From Nemertoderma westbladi (lineage: Eukaryota; Animalia; Xenacoelomorpha), in the NCBI GenBank assembly GCA_032718475.1, contig JAUCBJ010002471.1, positions 1 through 64,000 on the forward strand: a DNA stretch of 64,000 nt, read 5' to 3'. The notes under the pieces are model-generated. The model was not told the DNA's origin. It saw nothing but the letters and a program-made list of their open reading frames with translations, and made no database searches. Of this stretch, positions 13,443 to 26,886 are shown piece after piece. Positions within the stretch are counted from its first letter, which is position 1; the number at the start of each line of letters is the position of its first letter. A program made the position numbers and the translations under genes.

Positions 13443-14588
13443 CAAAATGTGAAAAAACAATAGGGTTGGTGACTCAAAAAAATTTTTTCTATAAACACGT
13501 TCTCATAAATGAAAACCGTTTTTAATTTCATCGAGTTCCAGCTGAGATTGAGGGGTTTATACACCAGCGCGGGAAAATCTTAGTTTAAACGCTCTGATTT
13601 ACTGTTCCACTTTGTCGCTAGGCAACGCTAACAACATTAACTAGCTAACAGCATACTGTTTACTATTGTACGATGTAGGCTAATTTTACAGTAGTTATAA
13701 AGATTACGATTTTTATATTATTAGTTTGACACAGCAATGTGTCCATTGTTTAAGATTATTTTTATTCGTTTGTAGCGTCACTGTAAGGGGTTGTCCTACC
13801 TAGTATTATATATAGGCCTACTGTAATTACGAATTTTAAAAGGGTACAAGTTTTGGACCTTATTCTTTCTGTAAAAATGCTAATAAACCATCTCCACAGT
13901 TTTTTAAACCTGAAATTTCACATCGGATTTAAACGCATTTATGATAACATCACAGTGTATTGCGATTATGTTCTAAAACAATTGGAGAGGGGTGCCTCCC
14001 TTCCAAGTGGGCCCAAACCTCCCACCGGCTTAATGCGGCCCTGGGCCTAGTAGAAAAACATTATCTATACATGTATAATGTCCACGAAATTCATTCTGAT
14101 TCTATTCATGATAGAATGATAGCAATTTACCACTGCCGATTCCATGTGTTTTGTAAAAATAACTATCCGCTTATTTATAAATTTAAAAATGTTGTTCTAG
14201 AGTTTTCTTTTCCAGTGAACGTAAACTTTTCCAGTGCTTTTGTACGCAATTTTATTGCAATTCATTGTGAATCAGACGAAATTTCAGTAACAGCAGCATA
14301 ATTTATATAATAAATTGAGCGTTGGCCATAACAATATAGCTCGAAGCCTGTTTGGGTACAGCGTTAGAGTACAGCTATGGCTGTAGCGCATTACTCATGT
14401 TCGAAGAACACGACTTACCGAAATTTTGTCACATCAGATTCAATGCTATTATACGGGCAGTTGCATTGGCTAAACTATTAATGTTCGGGTCGGGTACAGT
14501 ATGATTTAATATTATACAGTAACTAGTGTTAGTGTAGGGCCTGCGCCTACTGTGCTTATTGTACTTTATATATTATATTAAATATTAT

Positions 14589-15083
14589 GGCTAGAGTTCC
14601 GTATCGCATTTTGATATTTTTATATTAATTAATGAAATGATGTAGTTTTTGCATAGTACTGTAATATCACCACTGACTTCATAGCAACATTTAGTAGATA
14701 TGTTTTTTATGGTAGCTAATGTTTTTTTTACTAGCTAGTATTGTGAAGTATTGGATTGTATTGTGTATATGTGAAAACATTGATATTTCCTGTTTAAACA
14801 GTTGCAAAATATATTAGAGCCAAAAAATATTGAGGATATTGTAGCAGTTTACTTTTTTTGCATGGTAACAGTGATTTATGTTTAAAAAAATGTAGTTTTT
14901 TTTAATTACTAGCCATTTTAAATTTGAAAAATGACTAGCTATATTTTCTAGAACATTATATTTTTATTTTATTTATGTTCTAGAACTGTGTATAATAATT
15001 ATATTTTGTTCTAGAACAATACAATGTTGCCATGGTAACAATGATTTATTTTATAAAAATGCGACTTCATCGGAACTGTTACC
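14589..15083. mobile_element. MITE family copy 3 (possibly Merlin-derived)
   Basis: ggctagagttccg...cggaactgttacc; near-perfect 8-bp TSD aatattat (14581-14588) / aattttat (15084-15091). GG termini with an 8-bp TSD fit the Merlin superfamily. Confidence 0.72.
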
Positions 15084-15639
15084 AATTTTATATTTTACGT
15101 ACCTTCCATTTACGTGTCTCGTGCTTCGCGCATCATTTTATATTTTTTCCTTTCATGTGTTAATTACGTTCCTTTTTTTCTTTGTGCACTACTGTAGTAC
15201 TATCTCGTCTAACCAATTATATTTAATCTCGAATCTCCAGGGTCTCCCTAATACTTCCCCTCTCAAAGGTAATACCTTCTCTGGTTATACTGTACTTAAT
15301 ACCGTCACCTTCAAGGCAGAACCCTTTAAGTCGATTTTTTTCTATTCTTTGATTTTCATGCTTTTGACTTTTTGAGTATTTCTATATCGGCTTTTTCGTC
15401 TGGCACAAAGAACCCCGTATCTTTTCAACCAGCTATTTTTATGTTATAAGCGAATGACAGTTCCCCGTAACTTATGCCCACTTCGAGGCAGAACCCCACA
15501 AAAAACCTTGGCTGAGTACTTCTTTAATAAAATGTATCGATAGGAAGGATCGCTTATTTCGGATATACGCGTCCAAACGTACCTTAGAAAATCATAATCA
15601 TTACAACATATATCGTAATAAATCGACGCAAATTTTACG

Positions 15640-15870
15640 TCCTGATCCATCATCAATTTCAAATAGTTTTAACAATTATTTTACTACGATAGGATCGTCC
15701 CTCGCCAGTACCTCGATCCCGCAGTTGTCCAACACGGCATATCCGTTACAATAGACCTAACTCATTCGTGTTGGTTGAAACATCTCCAATAGAAATACAA
15801 TATCTCTTACTACAATTATTAAGCGACAACACTTCGACTAATGACAAATTCCCTATACAATTAATAGGGT
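15640..15870 (+). pseudogene. LINE ORF2 remnant (linker upstream of RT)
   Basis: Frameshifted translation ISNSFNNYF/TTIGSSLA...SFVLVETSPIEIQYLL resembles the conserved 'FNxYFxxIGxxLA' region of CR1/L2 ORF2. Confidence 0.55.
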
Positions 15871-16199
15871 AAGCGACTCGAAAAATTTTATTCGAGTTTT
15901 TGTTGATTTCATATATAAGAGCATGTGAAAAAACACCAGAGAGAAATTTTGACTTCAAAAAATTAATATTGGCTGATTTTACTAACTAGTTTAAATACAA
16001 GCTACAGGGGGACCTTTAATAAATTATAGGGGCCTAATGGAAGGAGTAAATTTCCGCTCCCATAAATATTTTTGGGATTTGAATAAATTGTTAATATTCT
16101 ACAATTTATTATTAATGCATAAACGGACACGAATTAATAAAATATCCCATTCAATTTTATTGTTCTTTCTGCTAAGCCATGCTTCCCATATCTACACCT

Positions 16200-16619
16200 G
16201 AGGATGGAGACGAGTATCTCAAGCAGACCTGGCTGATGATGATACAGTTGCTGTCGAACCGGTTCGCGACGCATTTCGAGCGATATTACCTCCCAACGCT
16301 GCAGCTCTGAACCTAATGGTTTGCGCAGCAAGAAATAGTGAGCGCCGGAGACATGGTTGTTATTGTAGACTCAGACCTTCCTCGTAAGAGATGGCAGATA
16401 ATTCGAATTACCAAGACTCATACATCTGATGATAGTTTGGTAAGATCAGTAGAACTCGTAGTTATGAGACGCAATCACAAGAAGAAGGGAATTGTCTTCA
16501 AGTCTCAACAACTAAATCGCCTGATTGGTCGTCTGTGTCTATTGGAACGAGACCGAGAATTATCCGGAAATTTTGGTAGACAGGAAACTGTTCCAACGAC
16601 CACCTCCCAGCTTCATTAG
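16200..16619 (+). mobile_element. BEL/Pao LTR retrotransposon integrase C-terminal (DUF5641-like) remnant
   Basis: Translation TWLMMIQLLSNRFATHFERYYLPTLQL*T*W...GDMVVIVDSDLPRKRWQIIRI...DDSLVRSVEL...RLIGRLCLLE matches the BEL/Pao pattern 'EYL..LQ.R.KW...GD.V...PR..W..GR...DG.VRSV'. Confidence 0.85.
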
Positions 16620-16848
16620 CTGCCTAAACAGTAGATTATATTAACTCATCTATAGTAGATAAAATAATCTAAAAGCAAAAACCATTTAAAACCAGCAAGA
16701 TAAGTACTTACGATAAAATAATCTAAAAACAAAAACCATTTAAAATGATGCAGCTATGGCACCTACTACCATAGAACTTTGGTACTCAGCGGACTGACCT
16801 CACCAACTCTATAAGTCTGGTACTCTGTACTTTCCTTGGTGCCTTTCC

Positions 16849-19260
16849 TTATAAATCTATAAAACCTATAAATTTCAATGCCATGACTTTATGATGTCCC
16901 TCTAAATATTCAATGAGAAAATGAAGTTTTTTGCTGTTGGATAAGACCGAGTTTTGGATATTATCCTTATAATATTTGTTAAATGGTAACCACTTCATTT
17001 CGTCTCTAATGGATTTTATAACTTCTCCCATGGATACTGCTTGTTTCGCTTCGATTCTGGCCATCTGTCGGGTGAAACTCTCTTGAGCTAATGTGCTATT
17101 AAATAAGGAGTTATCCGAATATGAAGTAGGACTGGGAGGAACATTATATGTAGATTTGTTGTCTATTTGTTGTATAATCCATGGGTGTCCCAGGATCTTT
17201 ATCCGTATATATGCGTTTAGGCTCTAACCCTTGAGCAGTAGAAAGTTTTACCCAAGGTGGTTTCAATATTGTTACAGGTGGGGGTATACCTTTCTGTATA
17301 TTAGCTAGCCTATCACTATCTAAAGCTATCTGCTGTTTTACTTCTTTCAGCGCTGATTTCTGCTCCCTTACTGTAGCTTTTAAATATTTTATGGTACTTT
17401 CCAAGTATCTCAACTGTTCTACAGTCGGTTCCCTAATTTAATTTGACTTCCTACTTCCCTCTGCTTGTCCGCGAGATGCAGCTCTAGTTTGTGCATCTCT
17501 CACACATAACACTCTGGCTCCCTGGGGGCGGGGGGCGGGGGGAGTATCAGCCCCATTCCCAGCCACTGCTGATATTACAGCTCCACAGATAGGAGTTGGC
17601 CGCCCGAGGGAAGCCACAAGGGACAATCCTCTACCGAAGGAAACCCTTTGTGAAGAAGGATTCACTATACTGGATAGATGGTACCTATTACTCTGTTTCG
17701 ACAGGGGAGGTACTTCAGACTGTTGATTGGAAGCTAAGTTAGGACCTACTGTGGTCTCTCTACTGTACAGATCGGGTGCGGTCAGAACCCTGTTTTATAT
17801 CTACGGGAGTTTTGCAAATTGGATCTCTCTGAGAGAGTTACTTTCAGGCTTATCCACTATGGTAGGCAGACCATAGGATTTAATTTCAGTTGGTGCCGCG
17901 TTGCTTGAAGTTATGTCACAGCTTGCGATGTCATGGCGCGACGGTGGAGGCAAATTTGGGAGTTTTTGCCCTCTAGGTGCTCTTTTACACCCATTTATGC
18001 TGGATCGGTAACTATAATCATCAGACTCGGTAGCAATACTTTCGTCAGAAGAAGTATAGAATCCTTGTGTCTTTGGTGAGGCATGACTCACGGACCAAGC
18101 TTTGAGTACTTCCATCCGTTTTTTCTCTAATTCTTGTCATTCTTTCAGGGCTTCCATTTCCAGCTCTGCGGACTCGGCTTCTCTCTTTGCTTTTATTGCT
18201 CGTTCCACTGCCTGTCTATCTCTTTCTGTGAGAAAATGTTGTGTCAGTCGACTCTCCAGAATCGAATTGAGGGTCGAGCTTGTCCTCCCAGGTGAGGGTG
18301 GCTAGGGTTCTAGAGGCCACTCTCTGAAACCATTGATTCACTGCAGTGTGTAGATACTTTTCCTGGACTCGCAATGCAGCCTCTCTAAAGGCTGACAACA
18401 TTAATTGAATTCTCAGTATACATTCCGGGATGTGATGGAACAATTGAGCTCCCTCGCTCTGTTGGGTTAGAAGCTCCTCGAAACAGCTGAGTCTCTATAT
18501 CTCCCAAGGAGTTAAAAAACCCTTGAGTGTAACCTGCTGCTGAGCGCTTCCATACTGTCGGGTCAGTGTTGTCTCTGGGCACGCGCATATTATGTAAATC
18601 ATTCCAGCTGGTTTGTCCTAAACCTAGTGATTCTCCCAGACTGAGGAAGTTATATGGCTGCTGTATTATTCCTTCCAACTCCTCATTGGAGAAGCCAGCA
18701 TAATCCAGTTTACGAGTGGGTTTACCTCAGGCTACGTCTGTTAGATGTTCATCTATAGCCTCCAGTGACTAAGCCAACAGGCCGCTTGGTAGTTGGAGTA
18801 AAGGATGTTGGTAGGTTTCCACAGGTGTTAGAGGTGCCGCGATCGATTGCATGATGAGGATGGACTTCAGTAACGAGTTGTTCACCTATACTAGGATCCA
18901 GCTGGCTATCTCTACCGTACTGGGGTTTCTACTAGCATTGCTGCGGTTCTCGGGTACAGGCAGTGCAGGCAGAATTATGCTGGAAGTAAACTGCCTTCCA
19001 CCTAGCTAGGCCGTCCTCCAAAGAAGTCTGGAGTTTGGTTTTAACACCACCGGAAGATCTGACCATCTTTTCCTTAGTGGCTTTGTCTCATTTAACTTGT
19101 GCCCTAGTACCTATGTATAATTGATGTGTGGTGGCCTACCACCTTAGGATCCTTAATTTTAATCTCCCTGGTCTTGGGAGACTTTCTTACCAGTAGGGGG
19201 CATTCATATAGGCTCATCACTCGTACTGACTGAACTACCATAAGGGTTATAGGCCTAGCC
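16849..19260 (-). mobile_element. BEL/Pao gag-like region, degenerate
   Basis: A series of broken minus-strand ORFs, including a coiled coil (AESAELEMEALKE...) and a DUF1759-like motif KWLPFNKYYKDNIQNSVLSNSKKLHFLIEYLEG at 16849-17064; the upstream boundary is approximate. Confidence 0.6.
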
Positions 19261-20346
19261 ATTTTGATCCAGTATGCTGTCAGAAAGATTCAGATTTTTG
19301 TCAAACATGTTTACGTTATTTGTGAACTATCTGCCTACTGATATTAGAAACAATAATAACAGTCTACTGTAGTAAATAATTATGGTTCAAACTGGTAGGC
19401 CTATACAGCTATACCAATACTAATTAAATTAAACTGATAATTTCAATCTCAGTTTGAATGTCAAAATTAATTTTCATATACTGTTGTTACAAATATATTA
19501 CAACAGTATGGGTAACGGTATACATGCTAGTTAGAATGGTATAGATATACCAGTAATAACAGTAGGCCTATGGAATCAACTATAATACCAGTATAATAAA
19601 CTGGTATATAATTGTGATGGGCACAATTATATACAATTATAATAGGCCTGGGTGGCCTATATAATATGCAGGGTTAAATCAATGTCACTATATAATAATA
19701 TATCTAAGTTACTTAAACTACTATTACATACGTAGGTACTATTCGGAGTGAGATTATAACAATCTCTAACATAAATTCTAACAATAGTTACAATTACAAT
19801 ATTAGGGTAATTTTCCAAGAGATTTATTAATACCCTGAATATTTAAGAATTTCTGGGCTGACAGGGGGACTTGGGAATTCATGAAACCAAATAAGGTGCG
19901 TATTCAATGATTCAGGCTGTCCAAACAAGTAAAATACCACCGTCTGACGTCTTACAGTGCTTCTGTGCCCCAGGTTGTTACATGTCTGGAAATTAATAGT
20001 TCCCAGTAATGCACTAGCAATGTGCCAGAATCTAGACCCTTGGTTAGATACAGATACTTGTATAAAATGCAGTTATATATACCCGAATAATTCGACAAAC
20101 CCTAGCATCTGCAGGAATGTCCATTGTCCAACGTATTGGTCTTACCACCTACATTGCCAAGTGACAGTTGAACCTATTCCTAGCGGCCCTATATACTATG
20201 GCACTAGTTTGATATGGGCCACCCAATTTGGAAATTTTACAAACACACCTAAATAACTATATATCTTAGTAAATTTGATTCTAGAACACATTTATTATTT
20301 CCGAGTATAATTGTGATATTGTTATGCTTTACTATATGCATAGCTA

Positions 20347-22649
20347 ATGATGCCAAAGCGACATTCAGTGAAACGCTATTATCCAAATGAACCAAACATT
20401 GTTGAATTGTGCCTTGCATTGGTTACTGAATTTGCAGCAATTGAGTTTGCCCACAAATACGGCCTTTTACCAACTAAGAATCTAAGCAATGAGCATTCAT
20501 GTGAGCAATGTGGTGAGCCATGTCAACTGTATGTTTTGAATAAATATGGAATACCACGTCTCAACTTGCAATGCAAGAATAAGCACAGGAAATCTGCAAG
20601 ATCTGGTTCCTGGTTTGGTAGATCAAAGCTACTAATTTGCCAAATTATATTTATAACATGCATATTCTTGTATGAGTTGACTTGGAATAATACCTTAAGG
20701 ATGTTTGATGGTATTCTTGCCCATTCCAAAGAAACATTAACTGATTGGCACAGCTATGGGGATGGGGAGAGTGTTCAAATCGACGAGTCCTATTTCGGTA
20801 GTCGGAGGAAGTTTAACAGAGGCCGTAAGCTGCCTGGTGACAAATATAAAATACCACCTGCACGAAATAATTACGGGAAGCAAGTGAATGGACCATGGGT
20901 GTTTGGAATAGTATGGAGAAAGCCAGATGGAGTGAATGATATAAAGCTATTTATTGTCCAACGCCGCAATATGAAAACATTGCGGCCAATAGTGGAGGCA
21001 AATGTAAAAGGCGGAACCTTAATTATGTCAGACGTGTGGGTAGCCTACTGTGGGACTACAGTTGGGATCTAGGACACTTCCCCCCCGGACACTTCCCCCC
21101 CGGACACTTCCCCCCCGGACACTTCCCCCCCGGACACTTCCCCCCAGCCCAAGTAGGACACTTCCCCCCCGGACACTTCCCCCCCCGGACACTTGCCCCC
21201 CGGACACTTCCCCCCCAGTTAAAGTGTTAAATTAATCTGGGTGCATCAAAGCAATAAACAAAAGTTAAAGATGGTTACAGGACAAGTTGTATCTAGACAA
21301 GTTTTTTCAAAATTATAAAAGAAACATTTTTATAGTCAAATTTTGTTTGTTTTTCTTTTAATTCCTTTAATTCTTTTAATTTCTTTTAATTGGGGGCTGC
21401 AGCCCCCAAACCCCCGCTTCTTTTGTTGGGGGCTACCGCCCCCAAACCCCCGCTTCTTTTCTTGGGGGCTGCCGCCCCCAAAACCCCGCTTATTTTCTTG
21501 GGGGTTATCGCCCCCAAACCCCGGCATTTCCCTGAGTGCCCGTGGTGAAAGACTTAGACTACTTTGAAATAATTAATTCATGTTTGTATCATCAGATAAT
21601 AAATTGACTAAGCCTAAAGTAGGAGCTGTATTGAATGTTAACCAATTTAATATATAAATTACTACAATATTATATAATTCAACAAAATCCTATTAAAAAT
21701 ATTGCATGTAACCAGGAAATTTAATATGTAGTGTGTATAATATCTATATAGTATGTATAGTAGTAATATGTATATCAATATGTAATGCTGAACACAGAAT
21801 ACAGGTCGACGCATGTCGATTTTACCCTGGAGAGGTATAATTTTGATTGCAACAATAATATTCATCCCCATCTGATACATTTTGAAGAAGACTATTACAT
21901 AATAATACCTATAATTAAAACAATTAATTATTATAATTCTATAGTTAATAAAAACAGTATATCATTCCGGGGATGGAATTTATAGGTCATCTAATATAAG
22001 TAATTGTTTAAAGATTAGCAAACAATACGATGTAATTGCATTGATAAAACCCATAAATAAAACTTGGATATAAAATGTAAAATCGGGATGTAAAAGATCA
22101 CTTTCTGAGCTACGAAAGGAAAATTGGATACAACTTGTCTGGATATAAGCGGTCCGTTTACCTTACAAAATGAAAAATACGAATGTGCGAAGTTAAGAAC
22201 AGTCGGGGGGGAAGTGTCCGCGGGGGGGAAGTGTCTGGGGGGGAAGTGTCCGGGGGGGAAGTGTCCTACTTGAGCGGAGGGGAACTGTCCGGGGGGGAAG
22301 TGTCCGGGGGGGAAGTGTCCGAACACCTACAGTTGGTATCACGAACACCAAACGTCCTTAGAAATCGATTGATGGCAGCGGAACATACAAACATCAATGC
22401 ATAAACCATAGCAAAAAAGGGAAAGGCCGATTCGTCGATTCGAAAAAGGGAAAGGCCCATATCATATCAAAGGCCAACACTCAATGCATAGAATGTATCT
22501 GGGGACAAGCCAAACTAAATATACTGAGAAAAAAAAGAGGTCTTAAGAAAACTACGTTGGAGGGACATTTGGCCGAATTCCGGTGGAGGAATATGCATAA
22601 GAACAGATTCATAGATTTGCTTGAACTCATTAAACAAGAGTACAACTAA
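20347..22649 (+). pseudogene. Merlin/ISXO2-like DDE transposase pseudogene (20347-21064 joined to 22336-22649)
   Basis: Zn-ribbon CEQC...C; VQIDESYFG, WVFG, IMSD. After removing the MULE insert the frame continues GITNTKRP*KS...HQCINHS...ANTQCIECIWG...LEGHLAEFRWR...EYN*, with one in-frame stop and an apparent internal deletion before GDGESVQIDE. Confidence 0.88.
21065..22326. mobile_element. MULE/MuDR-like non-autonomous element with tandem-repeat TIRs
   Basis: TIR arrays (ggacacttccccccc)n / (gggggggaagtgtcc)n; perfect 9-bp TSD ctacagttg at 21056-21064 and 22327-22335; internal 39-bp tandem repeat at about 21390-21525. Confidence 0.9.
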
Positions 22650-25599
22650 CTATGCTGTACTATATTTAATATTGTATAATTGTAATATGCAAAAACTCTT
22701 ATAAAGTACCTATAAATGATTTATATTGTATATTAAAAATTTTCAAAATTGGGTGACCCATATCGAACGAGACCTCGACTAGATCGAACGGTGACCCATA
22801 TAGAAACGAACATCAACACCGACTTAAAACCAACCAACTTAACAACAACTTGATCTTTTTAGGTGGTTTTTTAAAGGATTTTTAAAAGGAGAACGGCAAA
22901 AGCTAGAACGATTCTGTTTGCGCGTTCAGGTAGATGGTCCGAGCGCGATAGCTAGGAGTTTTTGTGGAAAAATCTGTTAAATTAATTAATTAGTAATTAG
23001 CGATTAATGACTTCTAATTGATTTTTCTCCAAAAGTATTTGGTTTTGCCCATAACAACAGTGTTTTTTTTGTTCATCTCGGTAAGATCTAAAAAAAGTTC
23101 AATCATCGCTATAACCCTCCTATTGCTGTTAATTAGTACTAATTAGACGAAAATTAATTAGCATTGTAACTCGAAAACACTAACAGCTATGAAAAAACGT
23201 AACATTACAAAGTTGTTCGGAATTTTATTCTGCACAAAAACGTCTCTTGCGCCGATGCCGTATCTCCTACCGTTAATTAGTAATTAACTAATTACTTAAT
23301 TACCTAATTGGCAAGGGGGGGTGGGGGGGGGGGGGCTTTGCCCCCCTCCCCCCAAATCCTTATTCACAAGGTGTACATAAGTGGTTTACTATTTTACAAA
23401 TCATAAATACTCTAAAATCTTTTGAATCGAACTAATTAACGATTTTACTAATTAGTAATGTCTCCCAAATTAATTTAAAATTTATCCAATCCGGCTGCAA
23501 TTTTTTAAACAGCTGATTCGTCAGCCTGTTTCAGCAAAAGTCAGCAGTTGGGGGTTTTACTTTTCAACGTATGCCGTACATATCCACGTATGTGTGTACG
23601 TATCCACGTATCTATGCATTACATTGAGCGAGTTCACATAGGCGTAGACGAATACTGTTTCCTGATTGGTCCAGATGAGATACGAGAGAAATGTCATGTC
23701 AAAACATGTTTTGCTGCTTTGGGGGATGGTGCGAGTCTGCAGGGCAATGACCTCGCAGACCGATATTAATCCCCGGCACACCATTTTTAATTGTATTGTT
23801 TATATTTTTAATTGCAAATTGTATTGTTCTGATAGGTGGTGGGAAGTTGGTGCAGTTTTCTATGTGTTCTGTTAATTATTAATTTCCTAGTTATTAGAAT
23901 TTCCTATTCGAATTATTTTTTATATTAAATAATTAAAATAATTGTTTAAAATAATTATTTAAAATAATTATTTTTCCTTGTGTGTGCACTTTTCTGCTTT
24001 TATTTATATGTGTTACATTTTGCAGCACAACTGAACAGCGCATTATATGCTGACAATGATTAGCACAAAAAGACTTAACACATATCAGCAAATTCAGACA
24101 GTTAGACAGGACAATCTGGACAACAAGACATCACATTGTGTACAATTACCTACAAGTATAAACAAAACTGACCTTAACAAAATCAAGGTAGGCATTTTTT
24201 ATTTACCCTCAGCAACATGTGCTAATAATGACTCTAGTAATACCGAAATATTCTAGAACAATAATACCACAAGGCCAACGCAGTCGGCCATGCACTCGCA
24301 TGACGCAAATGCTCAATTTGCGCTCTCCACCTTGATGGTTGTAGTCACCAGCATAAGACCTGAAGTAATATCTATTACACTCCCGTTGCATGTACACAAA
24401 ACACAAACTAAAACTACTGCTTAACAACTGACAAGGTTTTAAAATAGAGATAACAATAGAGTGTCTTAAATCGCTGAGTGAGTGTATGCGAGCAACTTAT
24501 GTGCAACTTATTCCTTACCAGGGGTCGACCTTACTACGCTTGGTAGCCCTGACTTACTCAACTGTACCCTATCAGACTAAGACGAAGACCTCTATGATTG
24601 TTCGCGCTTTCAGACCTTTGGCAGTTTAACCCGCCAAATTAAGATGTCTTCTAGATATTAAATCGCTTTTTAGCCTATGACAAGTATTTGATTCACTACA
24701 CTAGTCGAAACCAATCTGTGCGCGACCATTCACCCGCTGGATATTCCCGGGAGATTGGGTTCGACGGTTTAATTTTATTGCTATGTAAGCCTAATGTATT
24801 ATTCGACTGACAGTATTATATAATCTCTGACAATATTATTCACCTTCGGGAATATTAACAGTTCCTTTAGGACGTGGCGCTTTATCTATATAAACAGAGT
24901 TATAACTTAAACTACTCACAACGATATGGCTTAATTATAATTCACATATATGGCGCATTCTTTAGGAATTGCTTCTTTAACAGACTCACTCATACACAAT
25001 GCTGCACAATACTGCACACTAATCTGCCAATCTTCACTGATTTTAGTCACATATAAAAGTAACACAGACTGACTCATGTAGGGTCTATCAAATAACATTA
25101 GATTCACTTCAAACCACTTTAACATAAGTCACAATCGTTATTGGTAACCTTTCTCTCTTACCTTCGGTATATCAATAATATTGGGTTTTCGGGGTTATTT
25201 CTCGTTATTCCAATATAATAATTCATCAACCAATATAATGAATAACCGACAACAAATAGCAGTATACAGTAATGATTGAGCAGGTAAATTTTAGCAGTTT
25301 CAGCAGTTATTAAAAGCCGTGTGTCAGCAGTTTGTAGTGATTACGAAATTGCAGTTAAAGGATATATGTCCTTATAATTAAACCTACTAGTGTTGAGCTA
25401 AAAAGCAGAAAGCACAAAACACTAAAAAGCCGTTCTTTCGTGGCTTTGAAAAACTCGTGACTACTACTCTATACGAGGATACCAACTACCCTTATTCCAC
25501 GAAGCTCCCGTTCAACACAGAGAAAGAGCAGTGAGATAGGAAAATTTCAGTTCAGTAGCTCTGTGATAGGTCAAAATCAAGGCTAACTCAAATTCTATT

Positions 25600-25930
25600 G
25601 GGAGATACAAAAACAAGGCTATGACGCAACCTTCCTAGGCTGGTTGGCCGATTAAACAGAGCCCAGATACCTGCGTACAGCAAATCAGCCAATAAGCTGG
25701 TAGCTTGCGCTATTCGAGTTATAGATCCCCTTTTAGAGTATTCAGCGACTGGGGGGGGACTGGTTAGCAAAGCAAACGAATCAGTTATCCCACAAAAGCT
25801 TTTACAATGATGGTCCGTTATTTCAAAACTGGACGCAATTATCAAACTATAATCCAGCCTACGCATATGCAATGCTTTAATACCCCGAGCAGGTTTACAT
25901 CCTCTGCTCAATACTAAACTTTCCGCAAAC
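25600..25930 (+). pseudogene. Old LINE RT C-terminal remnant
   Basis: Plus-strand translation ...AIRVIDPLLEYSATGGGLVSKANE... resembles the 'IRPxLEYxSxxW' motif; contains stops. Confidence 0.4.
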
Positions 25931-26632
25931 AAAGCTGACAGAAGTAAGTAAACCCAAATAGGAGAAAGGGAGGTACCTACCCAGTCTGCTAAGTAGATCT
26001 ACCAGTATACTTAAAGTTTCAATCGAATTAACACCGTGGTACTGCGTACTGGACCAGTACCATTAGGCCTATTTAAATTTAATTTATTTTGTTCCACCGG
26101 AACAAAGAAAAAAGTTAATTTCTGTTCGACAGAACAGAAAATAGTTAATAACTGTTCGCACTTTTAAGGCTTTGATAATTTTCAACAATCAATTGTAATT
26201 ATCAATTATCACAGAAATCTGAAGATCTGAGATCAGAAATCTTGGTTTTGCCAATTTACAGTATTAACACCAAATACAAATCAAACTAGTGCGGCGTATG
26301 ACCCAAAGGGAGTCTTAAATATATCGGCTGACTAAAATAGGCTGTTTGTGTAACATTCGATTGATTCTCGCAATATAATTCCTAACAACTATGCCAACGT
26401 ACTGTACAGGGATAGTATTAAAAGTTCCGTTTTAAGTGTTGTGTTCCAGACATCAAACAGGTCTACGTCTTATGGCAATTACAACAAATTACTAACAAAA
26501 ATCATAGTTTGCACACCCTTTAGGGGCGTGGTATATTAACTCGGGCTGAAATACACTTTGGTGCATATGAATTGCTGACTTGAGGCAATTTTGTTCATGA
26601 ATAAGGAGTTTATAGGCTCACATACGTTGGTG

Positions 26633-26886
26633 CTATATAGTGTCTGGTTGGAGATGTGTGCATTGTACTTGACACAATGAACCCGTGACATCCAGAGATT
26701 TAGTGTCCTCAGCAGTTAGAGCCCAGCATGGACTCCCATAGAGGAGTACTGGAACTAATGCTGCTCTAAATAATCGGACCTTAAGTTTCCGATTAATTCT
26801 CGGTGGACTCCCATAGAGGAGTACTGGAACTAATGCTGCTCTAAATAATCGGACCTTAAGTTTCCGATTAATTCTCGGTGACTTCA
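26633..26886 (-). mobile_element. RTE LINE fragment with an internal tandem duplication of about 75 bp
   Basis: Nearly identical to 42302-42497; LKVRLFRAALVPVLLYGS is repeated twice; a short deletion relative to the 42-kb copy. Confidence 0.85.

Larger units (their letters stand above)
20200..22774 (+). mobile_element. Merlin (IS1016/IS1595-related) DNA transposon, defective
   Basis: TIRs ggcactagtttgatatgggccacccaatttggaaatttt / aaaattttcaaaattgggtgacccatatcgaacgagacc enclose the transposase below. Confidence 0.85.

Noticed and set aside
20347-21072. Bacterial IS1595 contamination or recent horizontal transfer
   Set aside because: The element is embedded in and interrupted by animal repeats; the eukaryotic Merlin superfamily explains the similarity.
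21036-22326. GHFPP/RTLPP repeat ORFs resembling neuropeptide precursors
   Set aside because: They are translations of MULE TIR arrays bounded by a TSD, with no signal peptide or dibasic cleavage sites.
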